64,000 bases of DNA from Rubripirellula sp. (GTDB lineage: Bacteria > Planctomycetota > Planctomycetia > Pirellulales > Pirellulaceae), in the NCBI GenBank assembly GCA_965216875.1, contig OZ244207.1:6880001-6944000 (forward strand), read 5' to 3'. Below, piece by piece: positions 1-9,921 of this stretch. Below the pieces are notes generated by a model, which saw only the letters and a list, made by a program, of their open reading frames with translations, made no database searches and was not told where the DNA came from. Position 1 is the stretch's first letter; each line of letters opens with the position of its first letter. The position numbers and the translations under genes are program-made.

Positions 1-727
1 GTACTTCGAACCGTTTCTTCCCTATTCGTCGATGGAGCTTCCCGAGAAGGTTGCGGGCGATTGGGATGACATTCCCAAGCCGGGCATCAACTACAAGACA
101 AGCGTGAATATGAAGATGGACATCCGCCGCCAAAAGAAAGCGGTTGGCGGTTACTATGCGTCCGTAGCCTACATGGATGCTCAGGTTGGCAAAGTCACCA
201 AGGCGCTGCGTGATAACGGGCTGGAGGACAAGACCATCGTTATTTTCACAAGTGACCATGGCTACCATCTTGGCGAGCATGACTTTTGGGCCAAGGTCTC
301 ACTGCGCGACGAATCGGCCGCCGTGCCTTTGATCATTCATGTTCCCGGCAAGCCGCCAGCCGTTTGCCATAGCCTTGCCGAATTGATCGATCTGTACCCG
401 ACCACCGCAGCCCTTTGCGGTTTGCCCGCGCAACCAAGATTGCAGGGTCGCGATCTTTCTCCGATGCTAGACGATCCGGATCACCAAGTGCGTGACGCGG
501 CATTCAGCGTTGCCCCGATGCGCAAAGGATTTCTGTTGCGAGAAGATCGTTGGGCATTCATCCAATACAACGAGAATGGTTCTGGCGGCATCGAATTGTT
601 TGATACCAAGTCGGACCCAAAGCAGTACACCAACCTTGCCAACGATCCGCGGCACCAAGCAACGGTTGCGGCGTTTCAAGCCAAACTCGCTTCGAAGCTT
701 GAAGCTGTGCGAGACAATGATCTTTGA
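1..727 (+). CDS. Sulfatase, iduronate-2-sulfatase/choline-sulfatase-like; C-terminal part, 5' end outside window
   Basis: Frame open from position 2; motifs YYASVAYMDAQVG, IFTSDHGYHLGEH, ELIDLYPT, ELFD..DP.Q..NLA typical of sulfatase C-terminal half. Confidence 0.9.
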   Translation, partial: YFEPFLPYSSMELPEKVAGDWDDIPKPGINYKTSVNMKMDIRRQKKAVGGYYASVAYMDAQVGKVTKALRDNGLEDKTIVIFTSDHGYHLGEHDFWAKVSLRDESAAVPLIIHVPGKPPAVCHSLAELIDLYPTTAALCGLPAQPRLQGRDLSPMLDDPDHQVRDAAFSVAPMRKGFLLREDRWAFIQYNENGSGGIELFDTKSDPKQYTNLANDPRHQATVAAFQAKLASKLEAVRDNDL

Positions 728-728
728 T

Positions 729-1904
729 TCAGTAGGTGTAGACGTTGTTGTTGGTGACAGGCGTGGGGTAAACGGGGATCCAGCTTTGATTGGCGGGGTA
801 CGTTTGGCCGGACGAATACATCGGCCACGCCGTGACTTGGTTGGGCGAGGCATCGAACGGTGGAATCGCCTGGCGCGATAGTCGCGGGTCGTCGGGCATG
901 CGGCGCCCATGACGCTTGCGTCCTCGACGCACGGCAACACCGTCAATTTTGCCGTCACTGCGAAAGACCAGTGGTTCCCAGTCAATCACGCATCCGGGCA
1001 ACGCGTCGGAAAGCTTCTTGACGGCCGCGGCCGATACGGGGCTGCGTTTGAGATTGATGTAACGAAGCTGTGACATCGAATAGAGATGCTTCAGCCCCGT
1101 GTCGGTGACAGCGGTCCGTTCAAGGTAGAGCTGCTGGAGCCCTTCGCAGTGTGAAAGATCGAACATCGCGCGGTCGCTAATCTTGGTATGCGACGCATTG
1201 AACCAACGAATGTCTTTGTCGCGAAGCCAATTCATCGCTCCGGCATCGAGTCCAGTCCGCGAAAGGTCAATCGATTGGAGTTGGCTGAGGTCGTCGAACG
1301 ACTTGAGTTCGGACGTTCGCAATTGCATGCCCTTCAATCGTAAACGTTCGAGATCGGTCAATTTCGAGATCGACTCGAGGATCGGCTTCTTCTGTTTATC
1401 GGCCGAGGGCGAGGTGCTGGTCGAAACATTGATCGCGGCGCGAAAAAAGTCGTCGCCAAACCAATCGACGAGTGACGCAGGTGGTTGCGCTGCTGTTCCG
1501 GGCATCATTGCGACGACAGGGCTTTCACGCGGCGAGTACATCACAAAGACGCTTTCGGTGATCAGCCGATCGACGGCGGCAGCTTGACGTTGAGAACGAT
1601 GATAGATGTTGCCCACCCAGGCGAAGCCGAGTGCAAAACACGCAAACGCCACAAGCAGGAACCGCAGTGTGAATTGTCGCCTTCGCTTTTGTTTCGATTG
1701 CGTCTGGACGGCAAGCAACGACGTGAGTTGCTCAAGCCGTTGATCGAGGTTTTGCATTTGATGCGCAACGCGGTCGAACGATTTCGAAAGTTCCGCCCCC
1801 TGGTGCGGCGGAACGCCGGGGTCGTTTGGTTCGGCTGGATCCTCTCGGTTCGACTTTGAGTTGGGCGCCATGGCGGGGTCCGGGGCTGGAGTCGAAGAAA
1901 CCAA
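729..1904 (-). CDS. Membrane-anchored leucine-rich-repeat protein (planctomycete type)
   Basis: Coiled coil, RRQFTLRFLL plus TM helix, then LRR units (LERLRLKGMQL, LQSIDLSRTGL, LQQLYLERTAVTDTGLKHL) and LPGCVI cap; start uncertain (1904 or 1871). Confidence 0.85.
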   Translation of the reverse strand: MVSSTPAPDPAMAPNSKSNREDPAEPNDPGVPPHQGAELSKSFDRVAHQMQNLDQRLEQLTSLLAVQTQSKQKRRRQFTLRFLLVAFACFALGFAWVGNIYHRSQRQAAAVDRLITESVFVMYSPRESPVVAMMPGTAAQPPASLVDWFGDDFFRAAINVSTSTSPSADKQKKPILESISKLTDLERLRLKGMQLRTSELKSFDDLSQLQSIDLSRTGLDAGAMNWLRDKDIRWFNASHTKISDRAMFDLSHCEGLQQLYLERTAVTDTGLKHLYSMSQLRYINLKRSPVSAAAVKKLSDALPGCVIDWEPLVFRSDGKIDGVAVRRGRKRHGRRMPDDPRLSRQAIPPFDASPNQVTAWPMYSSGQTYPANQSWIPVYPTPVTNNNVYTY

Positions 1905-2037
1905 TCAGTTCATGATAGGCGATTCACGCCGATCGGTGCTCTCTCAATTTGAGGGTTGTTTTTCAATCTCGACGAACTTTGCTAGGCTGATGTCGACCCT
2001 CCCAAGCACTCCGGCTCAGGCTAGTAGAGAACGTTCC

Positions 2038-2676
2038 ATGACGCGGCGATTCCTTGCGTTTGTTGTTGCGATCACCTTCATCGCCTCGACTCCGTTTGTC
2101 GATGCGGGAACCTACAATCTCGTGCTTGACATCGGCGACGACGCGCCTCATTGGAACGATCTGCCGGGGACTGACGGTGCAAAGCATTCGTTCGCGGACC
2201 TCGAAGACGCCAAAGCCGTGGTCGTGGTCTTCACTTGCAACTCCTGCCCCTACGCCGTCGATATCGAGGACCGTTTGCTCGAGTTTGACAAAGAGTTCTC
2301 CAAGCGTGGCGTGGCGCTTGTCGCTATCAACGTGAACAAGGTCGAGGATGACTTGATGCCAGCGATGAAGGAAAAGGCGGAAGAGAAGAAGTTCACTTTC
2401 ACCTACCTTTTCGACGAGACTCAGAAGATCGCCAAAGACTACGGTGCGAAGTACACGCCCGAGTTTTTTGTCCTCGATGGCGATCGCAAAGTCGCATACA
2501 TGGGATCGATGGACGATAGCCCTGACGGGACAAAGGTGAGCCAGAAGTACGTTCAACTGGCGGTCGAGTCGGTCCTGAAGGGCGAAGATCTCGAGAAGGC
2601 CGAGACCGTTCCCATTGGCTGCCGGGTCCGGTACGACAGGAAGCGGCGAACGCGCCGAAGTCGTCCCGCCGAATGA
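2038..2676 (+). CDS. Exported thioredoxin-family (AhpC/TSA redoxin-like) protein
   Basis: Signal peptide from ATG 2038; IGDDAP, CNSCPY CxxC, A..YGA..TPEFFV, GC near C-terminus. Confidence 0.9.
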   Translation: MTRRFLAFVVAITFIASTPFVDAGTYNLVLDIGDDAPHWNDLPGTDGAKHSFADLEDAKAVVVVFTCNSCPYAVDIEDRLLEFDKEFSKRGVALVAINVNKVEDDLMPAMKEKAEEKKFTFTYLFDETQKIAKDYGAKYTPEFFVLDGDRKVAYMGSMDDSPDGTKVSQKYVQLAVESVLKGEDLEKAETVPIGCRVRYDRKRRTRRSRPAE

Positions 2677-2821
2677 GTGCCAGGGTTTCTGCCCGTGGCA
2701 AACTTCTAAAATCTTCGGAACACCCATTCTCGGGCGGTGTTTGAAATCCAGCGGCCCGGATCCGTCATACAGGGTCGCGCTACGCGCTGACTTGTCTTTT
2801 TTCTCACTGGAAAGTGCTCTG

Positions 2822-4183
2822 ATGCCACGAATCAAGGTCTTTTTCGGGTTTGTCGCTCTCGGTTTGTTACTGGGTACATCGGCCGATGCTGATTGGTTGC
2901 GTTTTCGAGGGCCGAATGGATCGGGGATCAGTGGTGACTCGGCCGCGACCCCGACGAAATGGAGTCCCAAAGAGAATCTCAAGTGGAAAGTTCCCTTGCC
3001 TGGCGCCGGCGTTTCGAGCCCGATCGTCGTTGGCGATCGAATCTTTGTGACCTGCTATTCCGGCTACGGGCTCGATCGTCGCGAACCTGGTGACATCAAC
3101 AACCTGATGCGACACCTCGTTTGCGTTGACCGCAAGAGCGGTGACATCCTGTGGGACAAGTCGATCAAAGCGGCCCAGCCCGAGGACCCCTACTCGGGAA
3201 TGGGCGTGCCATCACACGGCTACGCTTCTCACACACCTGTTTCTGACGGACAAAACGTCTACGTCTTCTTTGGCAAGTCAGGCGTCGTTGCGTATGACAT
3301 GGAAGGCAACGAGAAATGGACCCGCAGCGTCGGTACGGATAGTGACCGCCGAAAATGGGGTTCGTCATCGAGTCCCATTCTCTACAAAGACATTGTCATT
3401 GTGACCGCGAGCGCCGAAAGTCGGTCGCTCGTTGGACTCAACAAGGAAACGGGAGAACAAGTTTGGCGTCAAGAAACCGATGGCCTCACCGATGTTTGGG
3501 GAACGCCCTTGTTGGCAAAGGTGGAAGACCGCACCGACTTGGTGATCGGAGTGCCCTATGAGTTTTGGGGTTTGAATCCTGAGTCGGGGAAACTCCGATG
3601 GTATAGCGAAGCGATGAATACCGACTCGTACAACTCAAGCGTCGTTGAATCCGACGGAGTGATCTACGGCATTGAAGGACGTGGTGGTGGATCGGCCGCG
3701 ATCAAGGCGGGTGGCAAAGGCGATGTGACGGATGCCAACACCGTTTGGACCGGATCTGATTCAGCACGATTTGGAACGCCGTTGGTGTATAAGAACCGCA
3801 TCTACTATTTCTCCAACGGTGTCGCGTCCTGCATCAGCGCCGAGGATGGGACATCGGTCTTCAAAGGACGCTTGCCTGGCTCGAGTTCGTCCGGGCGCGG
3901 CGGGAGTGGCGGATTTGGTCAAGGCGGCGGGTTCTCAGGCCGCGGTGGACGAGGCGGCTTTGGGTCCCAAGACTATTCTTCGCCCGTGGCCGCTGACGGA
4001 AAGGTCTACTACGTCAAGAGCAACGGAACAACGATTGTCTTGGAAGCCGGTGACAAGTTCAAACTGTTGTCGACCAACGAGTTGACTGATGACAAAGAGG
4101 TGTTCAGCGGCACGCCCGCGATCAGCAACGGCCAGATCTTCGTTCGCTCGGACAAGCACCTTTATTGCATCGCTGAGGAGTAA
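2822..4183 (+). CDS. PQQ-binding-like beta-propeller repeat protein (BamB-like, planctomycete family)
   Basis: Signal peptide then DWLRFRGPNGSG, WKVPLPG.G.SSPIV, repeated TPV/SSP blade motifs, GTPAIS...FVRS..HLYCI end. Confidence 0.9.
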   Translation: MPRIKVFFGFVALGLLLGTSADADWLRFRGPNGSGISGDSAATPTKWSPKENLKWKVPLPGAGVSSPIVVGDRIFVTCYSGYGLDRREPGDINNLMRHLVCVDRKSGDILWDKSIKAAQPEDPYSGMGVPSHGYASHTPVSDGQNVYVFFGKSGVVAYDMEGNEKWTRSVGTDSDRRKWGSSSSPILYKDIVIVTASAESRSLVGLNKETGEQVWRQETDGLTDVWGTPLLAKVEDRTDLVIGVPYEFWGLNPESGKLRWYSEAMNTDSYNSSVVESDGVIYGIEGRGGGSAAIKAGGKGDVTDANTVWTGSDSARFGTPLVYKNRIYYFSNGVASCISAEDGTSVFKGRLPGSSSSGRGGSGGFGQGGGFSGRGGRGGFGSQDYSSPVAADGKVYYVKSNGTTIVLEAGDKFKLLSTNELTDDKEVFSGTPAISNGQIFVRSDKHLYCIAEE

Positions 4184-4198
4184 GGTTGCTGTAAGGCG

Positions 4199-4224
4199 TG
4201 AGCCGTGATCGCGTAAGCGGCCGG
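4199..4224. repeat. REP-like dispersed repeat, identical to 57426-57451
   Basis: TGAGCCGTGATCGCGTAAGCGGCCGG occurs exactly twice, both times intergenic between convergent genes. Confidence 0.8.
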
Positions 4225-4305
4225 TCCTCATCGCGCCATGTAGCCTTGCACAGATTGTTGATGCCAAGATAGGACGATGAGTCGTTTATTGGCGTTTGGG
4301 ACCAA

Positions 4306-4344
4306 GCCGGATCTGCCTCGCTGTCGCTCCTTGATCCGGCCTAC
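4306..4344 (-). repeat. GTAG-type REP-like palindrome
   Basis: Minus strand reads GTAG-GCCGGATC-aaggagcgacagcgaggca-GATCCGGC: GTAG tetranucleotide followed by an 8-bp stem hairpin. Confidence 0.75.
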
Positions 4345-4349
4345 GTTGG

Positions 4350-5939
4350 CTACCTACCGGCTGATGCTGCCGAGCTGGATCTGCGAAAACGATTCAGACG
4401 TCCGATGACGATTTCCCTGAGTCGCTGACGCTCTCCGTCGGTCACAAACTCGTTATGGAAGACGGCTGCCAAGGCGATGGCCAGGATGAGCACCGATGCC
4501 GGAATGTAGCCACCGACCAGCGCGGACGGTAACGCCATCAGCACGTACGTTGCAAACGGAAAACAAAATCCAGCACGTGCGGCGAGCCAGAGCATCGCCC
4601 AGAGCACCAAGCTTGTCGCCATAAACGTGCCGACGGCAATGCCAAGGATCCCGAACGTTGGGAACAACACGATCCCAAACAACACGTTGGCGATCAGTCC
4701 GACCAAGAAGCAAGCCGACGTTGACCAGGCTTGTTTGGAACACCACGCCGCGTTCTGCGCGACGAACGCGATACTGAAGGTGATTCCAGTGGCCATGGCC
4801 CAGGGCAGCAACTCGACAGCGAGTTCAAACTTCCCGTCCATCAGAGTGGAGAAGAGCGTATTGCCCATTGCGAGCACACCGATTCCGGCGACACAAAAAC
4901 TGATCGACACAAACTTCAACAGTCGGCCGAGTCGTTGGATCGCAGCGGCGTGATTGCCTTGGTCCCAGTCTTGCACCAGATGCGGCGTGACCATGGCGGC
5001 AAGGCTCATCGCAAACTGCGCCATCAGTCGAGGAATGATTCGAGCGGCGTGATACTGGCCAACGAAGAACATCGCGAGTTGTTCGTTTTCGGTCAGGTGC
5101 ACCATCAACATTCGATCGCTCATGCGAAACGAATTGGCGATCAACGTTGCCAACCATATCGCCACCGCGAACGGCAGGATGTGTTTGATTGCTGCAACGA
5201 AGTGTGTCCAAAGTGGTTCTTTCGGCTCGTCGTCCGCTTCCGCTTCCGCTTCGGCGCCGAGTTCACGAAACGTTGTGCGCAATAGCCAAGCGGCGACGGC
5301 GGCCCCAATGATGCTTGCGACCGCATAGGCAACGACGACGCCGCCCGATCCATACGAGAAGGCGGGGACGAAGACGAGACACAAAGCGGCAAAGGCGATG
5401 CCGTGAACCGCTTGGATTCCAGCGAACGCACGGTGTTGGCGAAGTGCCGTCATCAGCGCCGTGAGGTAATTGAAAACCACGACGGTGACCAAGGTTGGGA
5501 TCAGCAACAGGTACCACGATGATCCCGAGGGGGCGTTCACTAGGAACGCGCCGAGTGGCTCGCGAAACAGAATCATTGCGCCAGTGCTTGCGGCAAGAAT
5601 GGCGGCGCATGCGATCGCAGTGATCTGAACGAACCGAATGAGCTGGTTCTTTTGACGGTACGATTCCGCGAATCGGCCAAACGCGCCCGGAATCCCTAGC
5701 ACGACCAAAGGCCCAACCGACAACAGGAACGTGAATTCGAGATCCCATTGGCCAAGCTCATCGGTCGGCAACCAGCGACAGAGGATGACCGATCGGCCAA
5801 GGCCAACGAACCGTTGAAACAAGGTCAGTACGGCGAGAAAGATGACGCCCGCCGCAAGTGTTTGAGTTCCTGATCCAAGCTTGGGGCGTCGAGACCATAC
5901 GCGTTGAATCGCATTGCGGGCATTCACGACTGGCGACAC
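4350..5939 (-). CDS. Polysaccharide flippase / Wzx-like (MOP superfamily) exporter
   Basis: About 12-14 hydrophobic helices; RWLPTDELGQW, LGIPGAFGRF, SDRMLM, VGQYHAA, PTFGILGIA patterns. Confidence 0.8.
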   Translation of the reverse strand: MSPVVNARNAIQRVWSRRPKLGSGTQTLAAGVIFLAVLTLFQRFVGLGRSVILCRWLPTDELGQWDLEFTFLLSVGPLVVLGIPGAFGRFAESYRQKNQLIRFVQITAIACAAILAASTGAMILFREPLGAFLVNAPSGSSWYLLLIPTLVTVVVFNYLTALMTALRQHRAFAGIQAVHGIAFAALCLVFVPAFSYGSGGVVVAYAVASIIGAAVAAWLLRTTFRELGAEAEAEADDEPKEPLWTHFVAAIKHILPFAVAIWLATLIANSFRMSDRMLMVHLTENEQLAMFFVGQYHAARIIPRLMAQFAMSLAAMVTPHLVQDWDQGNHAAAIQRLGRLLKFVSISFCVAGIGVLAMGNTLFSTLMDGKFELAVELLPWAMATGITFSIAFVAQNAAWCSKQAWSTSACFLVGLIANVLFGIVLFPTFGILGIAVGTFMATSLVLWAMLWLAARAGFCFPFATYVLMALPSALVGGYIPASVLILAIALAAVFHNEFVTDGERQRLREIVIGRLNRFRRSSSAASAGR

Positions 5940-7219
5940 TCGCTAATGGTTGAACGCACGCGTGGTCGTACCGAGACGACCTCTTCTTGCTGAGCGACCG
6001 AGGCCGATCGCTTTGCAAAGCGGCGTACCGGTCCGGCAAAGAGCTCGGCAAACACAACCAACGTTGGAACAGGATCACGCAACTGAAATGTGACGTGCGT
6101 CCTGCTACGCAAGTTTGCAGCGATCGTGTTCTTGATCCAACTGCCGATTTCACCAAATGAACGTTCTCTACCCGAGATTGCCTTTTTCAAACCCAGTACA
6201 TCGCCGTACAACCATGTGTAGCGCCGGCCGATGGGGGATCGAAACGGCTCTGGTATCGATGGCGTTGCGCCACATGATTGCTGCAACCACCAATGGGGAA
6301 GGTCAAGGTTGCAGCCGATCGCGCACGCGACGTTGGCACCGAGCCGCGCGTTGATTTCAAGGAATGTCGCTTGGCCAGTGGAAGGGTCGATCAAATACTG
6401 GAGGCATCCCGCACCGTGGTAGTTCAGCGATTCCGCGAGCGCCTCGAGGTGGTTGGACCAATCATGATCAGGCTCGACGGCATGACCTTCGACTGCGTAT
6501 CCCGTGCCGTCCCATTGGTCGGTCCGATCGATTTGGATTTCGACGCTTGCCTGGACCTTGCCGTGGTCGGCAAAAAAGTAAATGTTGCGCCGAGGGCACG
6601 AGTAATATCGCTGGACGATCGATTCGCTGGGGATCGCATCTAGTTGGCTGGAAAACTGATCGAGTCGTTCGCAAAGCGATTGGCGGCTCAGTGCGATGAA
6701 CGCCTTTTTACCGAAGATTCGTGAGGTCTCGTTTTCCGGTTTGATGATGCACGGAAACCCAATCTCGTCTGCAGCGGAAAGCAACTCCGGTGCGCCCCCT
6801 GCAACACTTGCGAAAGCTGCGTTGGGGATAGACAGCTGATCAACCCGACGAAACATCTCGGTCTTTTGTTGGCAGGCATCGACCACCTCGGATGTCGGCA
6901 TCACCCATGTGACGGACTTCGATAGTGACTCGCGATGTTGACATAGAAAGAGGATCTCGGAATCGCCAACGGGAAAAACTGCCGTGATCTCTGGGTGCTG
7001 CTCGATGAAGACGTCGAGAGCGGCGAGGAATTGGCCTGGATTCTCGGCGTCGATTTCGGGGTGTTGCCATGTTCGGCAAACGAATCGCGACCGATCGACA
7101 TAGGTTTTCGATTCGGTCCGACCGAGGATCACATTGCGCGAAGCGCCTAGCGACCGCGCCACCGCCAACGATTGTCGGTAGGCACCGAGCACGAGAACGG
7201 TTTGTTTGTCAGAATCCAT
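5924..7219 (-). CDS. ATP-grasp domain protein (carboxylate-amine ligase-like)
   Basis: LAVARSLG N-terminus, IGFPCIIKP, IVQRY, FLEINARLG ATP-grasp motifs; overlaps flippase start. Confidence 0.85.
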   Translation of the reverse strand: MDSDKQTVLVLGAYRQSLAVARSLGASRNVILGRTESKTYVDRSRFVCRTWQHPEIDAENPGQFLAALDVFIEQHPEITAVFPVGDSEILFLCQHRESLSKSVTWVMPTSEVVDACQQKTEMFRRVDQLSIPNAAFASVAGGAPELLSAADEIGFPCIIKPENETSRIFGKKAFIALSRQSLCERLDQFSSQLDAIPSESIVQRYYSCPRRNIYFFADHGKVQASVEIQIDRTDQWDGTGYAVEGHAVEPDHDWSNHLEALAESLNYHGAGCLQYLIDPSTGQATFLEINARLGANVACAIGCNLDLPHWWLQQSCGATPSIPEPFRSPIGRRYTWLYGDVLGLKKAISGRERSFGEIGSWIKNTIAANLRSRTHVTFQLRDPVPTLVVFAELFAGPVRRFAKRSASVAQQEEVVSVRPRVRSTISECRQS

Positions 7220-7358
7220 CGAATCGTTAGTCCTTGGTCGCAGAGTTGCCGGAACACTGCGAAAACATAGGTCAGCCGCGGTGTCCTGACCCGCGAAAAC
7301 CTACGTTTTCGCAGCGCATCAAAAGCACTTCCGAGCTGTGGACGACCCACTACGATCG

Positions 7359-8543
7359 ATGAACCCTTCCGAGCCCGTTCCGCAATCGACCGCTGGCTGC
7401 ACGCCCGTGGTCATCGTCCCTGGAAGTTCGCCTACGTTCCATTCGTGTCGATTGTCCGATTCAGAGGACCTGAAACGGTTGCGCGATGATTGGGCGCGAT
7501 TGGCAACCGATAGCGGGTACCCTTTTCATAGTTGGCAATGGCTCGAGAACTGGTGGCGGTTCTACCAGGACGAGTCGCGCGAACTAAGCCTGTTGGTTGC
7601 GAAGAACCAACGTGACGAGGTTGTTGGTTTGCTTCCGATGTACTTGCATCAGCAACGGCTTGGTCGACGCGTCTTGCGATTCTTGGGCGGCGACGATGTT
7701 TGTACCGACTACAACACGATGTTGGCGAGCGATGACGATCGCGCCGCAGTCGCAGCCTCATTCGCCGAGCTGATCTTCTCGGGCGGTCTGCCCGCATTCG
7801 ACCAAATCGAACTCGATAGCGTTCATCCCAGTGATGCGAACATCAACTCGCTCATCGGAGCGTTGGTTGAGGTTGATTTCGACGTTGATCGTCGGACTGC
7901 GCTGGGATGCTGGCGCGTGGAGCTAGACGAGGATTGGGATAAGTACCTCGCGACGCTGAGCAAAAGTCGTCGTTGGCGCACTCGGAAACTGTTTCGCGAC
8001 TACATCGAAACGGGCCGCACGACGATTCACTACGCCGACAGCGACGAGTCGTACGAACACGGGTTCAAAATCCTCGTCGAACTGCATCAAGATCGTCGCA
8101 ACAGCCTAGGCCAGCCCGGTTGTTTTCAATCGGAGGCCTTTACGAAGTTCCTGCATGCTGCCGGAAAAGACTTTTTGCATTCAGGGCAATTGAGTCTGCA
8201 ATGGATTGAACTCGAGGGCCAACCCGTTGCGGCCGAGTTTGATCTCCGCGGCAACGATACAGTGTTCTACTACCAATCTGGTTTTTCGACCGCGCAAGAA
8301 GAACACCGTCCCGGCTGGCAGGGTGTGATGTCGGCGCTACGCCGAGCGAGCGAGGATGGCGTTCGCTATTTCGATTTCTTACGTGGCGACGAGCCCTACA
8401 AAGCAAGTTGGGGTGCCGAACGTGTTGAGCAGGAGACCATCATCCTGACAGCGCCTCGGTTGCGGTCGCAAATCCACCAATGGGCGGACAAGTCGATCAA
8501 TCAGATACGCGATGTTGGCAAGAAGCTAAGTGGCCGAGGGTAG
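7359..8543 (+). CDS. GNAT-family acyltransferase (CelD/BcsL, Acetyltransf_6-like)
   Basis: PFHSWQWLENWW, VGLLP, TDYN, WDKYLATLSKSRR, YYQSGF, FDFLRGDEPYK. Confidence 0.9.
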   Translation: MNPSEPVPQSTAGCTPVVIVPGSSPTFHSCRLSDSEDLKRLRDDWARLATDSGYPFHSWQWLENWWRFYQDESRELSLLVAKNQRDEVVGLLPMYLHQQRLGRRVLRFLGGDDVCTDYNTMLASDDDRAAVAASFAELIFSGGLPAFDQIELDSVHPSDANINSLIGALVEVDFDVDRRTALGCWRVELDEDWDKYLATLSKSRRWRTRKLFRDYIETGRTTIHYADSDESYEHGFKILVELHQDRRNSLGQPGCFQSEAFTKFLHAAGKDFLHSGQLSLQWIELEGQPVAAEFDLRGNDTVFYYQSGFSTAQEEHRPGWQGVMSALRRASEDGVRYFDFLRGDEPYKASWGAERVEQETIILTAPRLRSQIHQWADKSINQIRDVGKKLSGRG

Positions 8544-8553
8544 GCGAAGAGCG

Positions 8554-8632
8554 GGTAGTGGACGAGGCTACGAGTCCCTGAACACTCTCGACGTCCAAGG
8601 AATCTCAGGGACTCGTTGCCTCGTCCACTACC
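8554..8632. repeat. Inverted pair of GTAG-type REP-like repeats; likely bidirectional terminator
   Basis: 28-bp arms 8554-8581 and 8605-8632 with one mismatch (GGTAGTGGACGAGGC[T/A]ACGAGTCCCTGA), 23-nt spacer, between convergent genes. Confidence 0.9.
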
Positions 8633-8645
8633 GAAGAGATGCCTT

Positions 8646-9869
8646 CTATCGTGCGGCGGCTTCGGCTTGCCGGAAAGCTCGCATCACATTCTTGCCCATG
8701 ACTTTGCGAATGTCCTGTTCGCTGTAACCACGCTCGAGCATTCCGGCCGTGATCACGGGGTAACAGCTGACATCTTCCATCTGTTTGGGAAGTGCTGGGA
8801 CGCCGTCGTAGTCCGAACCGATGCCGACGTGGTCGATCCCGGCAACAGCGACAATGTGGTCGATATGGTCCAGGATGTCGTGGACGGTGCAGAGTTTCGA
8901 GCGCGGGTTTTCAAGTTCCCAGCGTCGCAATGCGCCGTCGCTCTTTTCAGTGTCGTCCGGGTAGAGCGTCTCCAAACGCTCTCGTTCAGCCGTTCGCTTG
9001 GCCGATCGTTTTGCATCGACGGGATTGATGAAATCGCTGAAGAAATTGATCATCACGACCCCACCATTTGCTTTGGTCAGTTTCAAGACATCGTCCGGCA
9101 CGTTGCGCGGATGATCGGCGATCGTTCTGGCGGATGAATGCGAAAAAATGACGGGTGCCTTCGTTACCCTCAAGACATCTCGCATGCAATCGGGAGAGAC
9201 ATGTGAGATGTCAACCAACATGCCGAGCCGGTTCATTTCGCGCACAACTTCTTCGCCGAACGGCGACAGGCCGCCGCACTTTGATTTGTCGCTACAAGAA
9301 TCGGCCCATTCGAGCGACTTGGAATGAGTCAGAGTCATGTAGCGAGCGCCCTCGGCGTAAAGTTGCCTGAGGACGTTGATCGAGTTTTCGATCGAGTGCC
9401 CACCTTCGACACCAATCAAAGATGCAATCTTTCCCTCGCTGCGAATGCGGTCAATGTCGTCGGTGGTCAGTGCCAATTCAAAGACATCGCTATAACGCGC
9501 GGTCATTTTCTTGACCAATTCGATCTGTTCAAGCGTCGTCGAAAGAGCACTGCCCGACCCCATCGTCGATGTGGGGACATAGACCGACCAAAACTGAGCG
9601 CCAACGCCGCCAGCACGTAACCTCGCAATGTCGGTATGAAAGTTTGGCTGGGACTTCGAAATATCGAATTGGTCGAAGCCACCGCCCGCTTGACGTAGCG
9701 CCCACGGCAAATCGTTGTGTCCATCGACGACTGGAAAGCTGCGGTGGATTTTTAACGCTTTTTGGCTTACCGCGATTGGGTCGCGTTCGGTGTCGGATTG
9801 AGCACTCACGGGTTCGATTGCGGAAAGCAACACCAACGCAGCAACGGCGGTCAGGATTCGAAGACGCAT
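8646..9869 (-). CDS. Exported membrane dipeptidase (peptidase M19)
   Basis: Signal peptide from ATG 9869; DGHNDLP, GAQFWSVY, GVEGGH, VDISH, FSHS, HVGIGSDYDG. Confidence 0.95.
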   Translation of the reverse strand: MRLRILTAVAALVLLSAIEPVSAQSDTERDPIAVSQKALKIHRSFPVVDGHNDLPWALRQAGGGFDQFDISKSQPNFHTDIARLRAGGVGAQFWSVYVPTSTMGSGSALSTTLEQIELVKKMTARYSDVFELALTTDDIDRIRSEGKIASLIGVEGGHSIENSINVLRQLYAEGARYMTLTHSKSLEWADSCSDKSKCGGLSPFGEEVVREMNRLGMLVDISHVSPDCMRDVLRVTKAPVIFSHSSARTIADHPRNVPDDVLKLTKANGGVVMINFFSDFINPVDAKRSAKRTAERERLETLYPDDTEKSDGALRRWELENPRSKLCTVHDILDHIDHIVAVAGIDHVGIGSDYDGVPALPKQMEDVSCYPVITAGMLERGYSEQDIRKVMGKNVMRAFRQAEAAAR

Positions 9870-9921
9870 CAAAGTTGTTGGGAAAGGAGGCAATTGTTCA
9901 TAGGTCTTGTTCGTGAGCATC

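Noticed and set aside
1963..2982. 339-aa minus-strand ORF and similar long shadow ORFs (17436..18362, 12495..13274, 22744..23574, 58381..59130, 53703..54446)
   Set aside because: Antisense or off-frame shadows of well-supported genes, expected in GC-rich DNA
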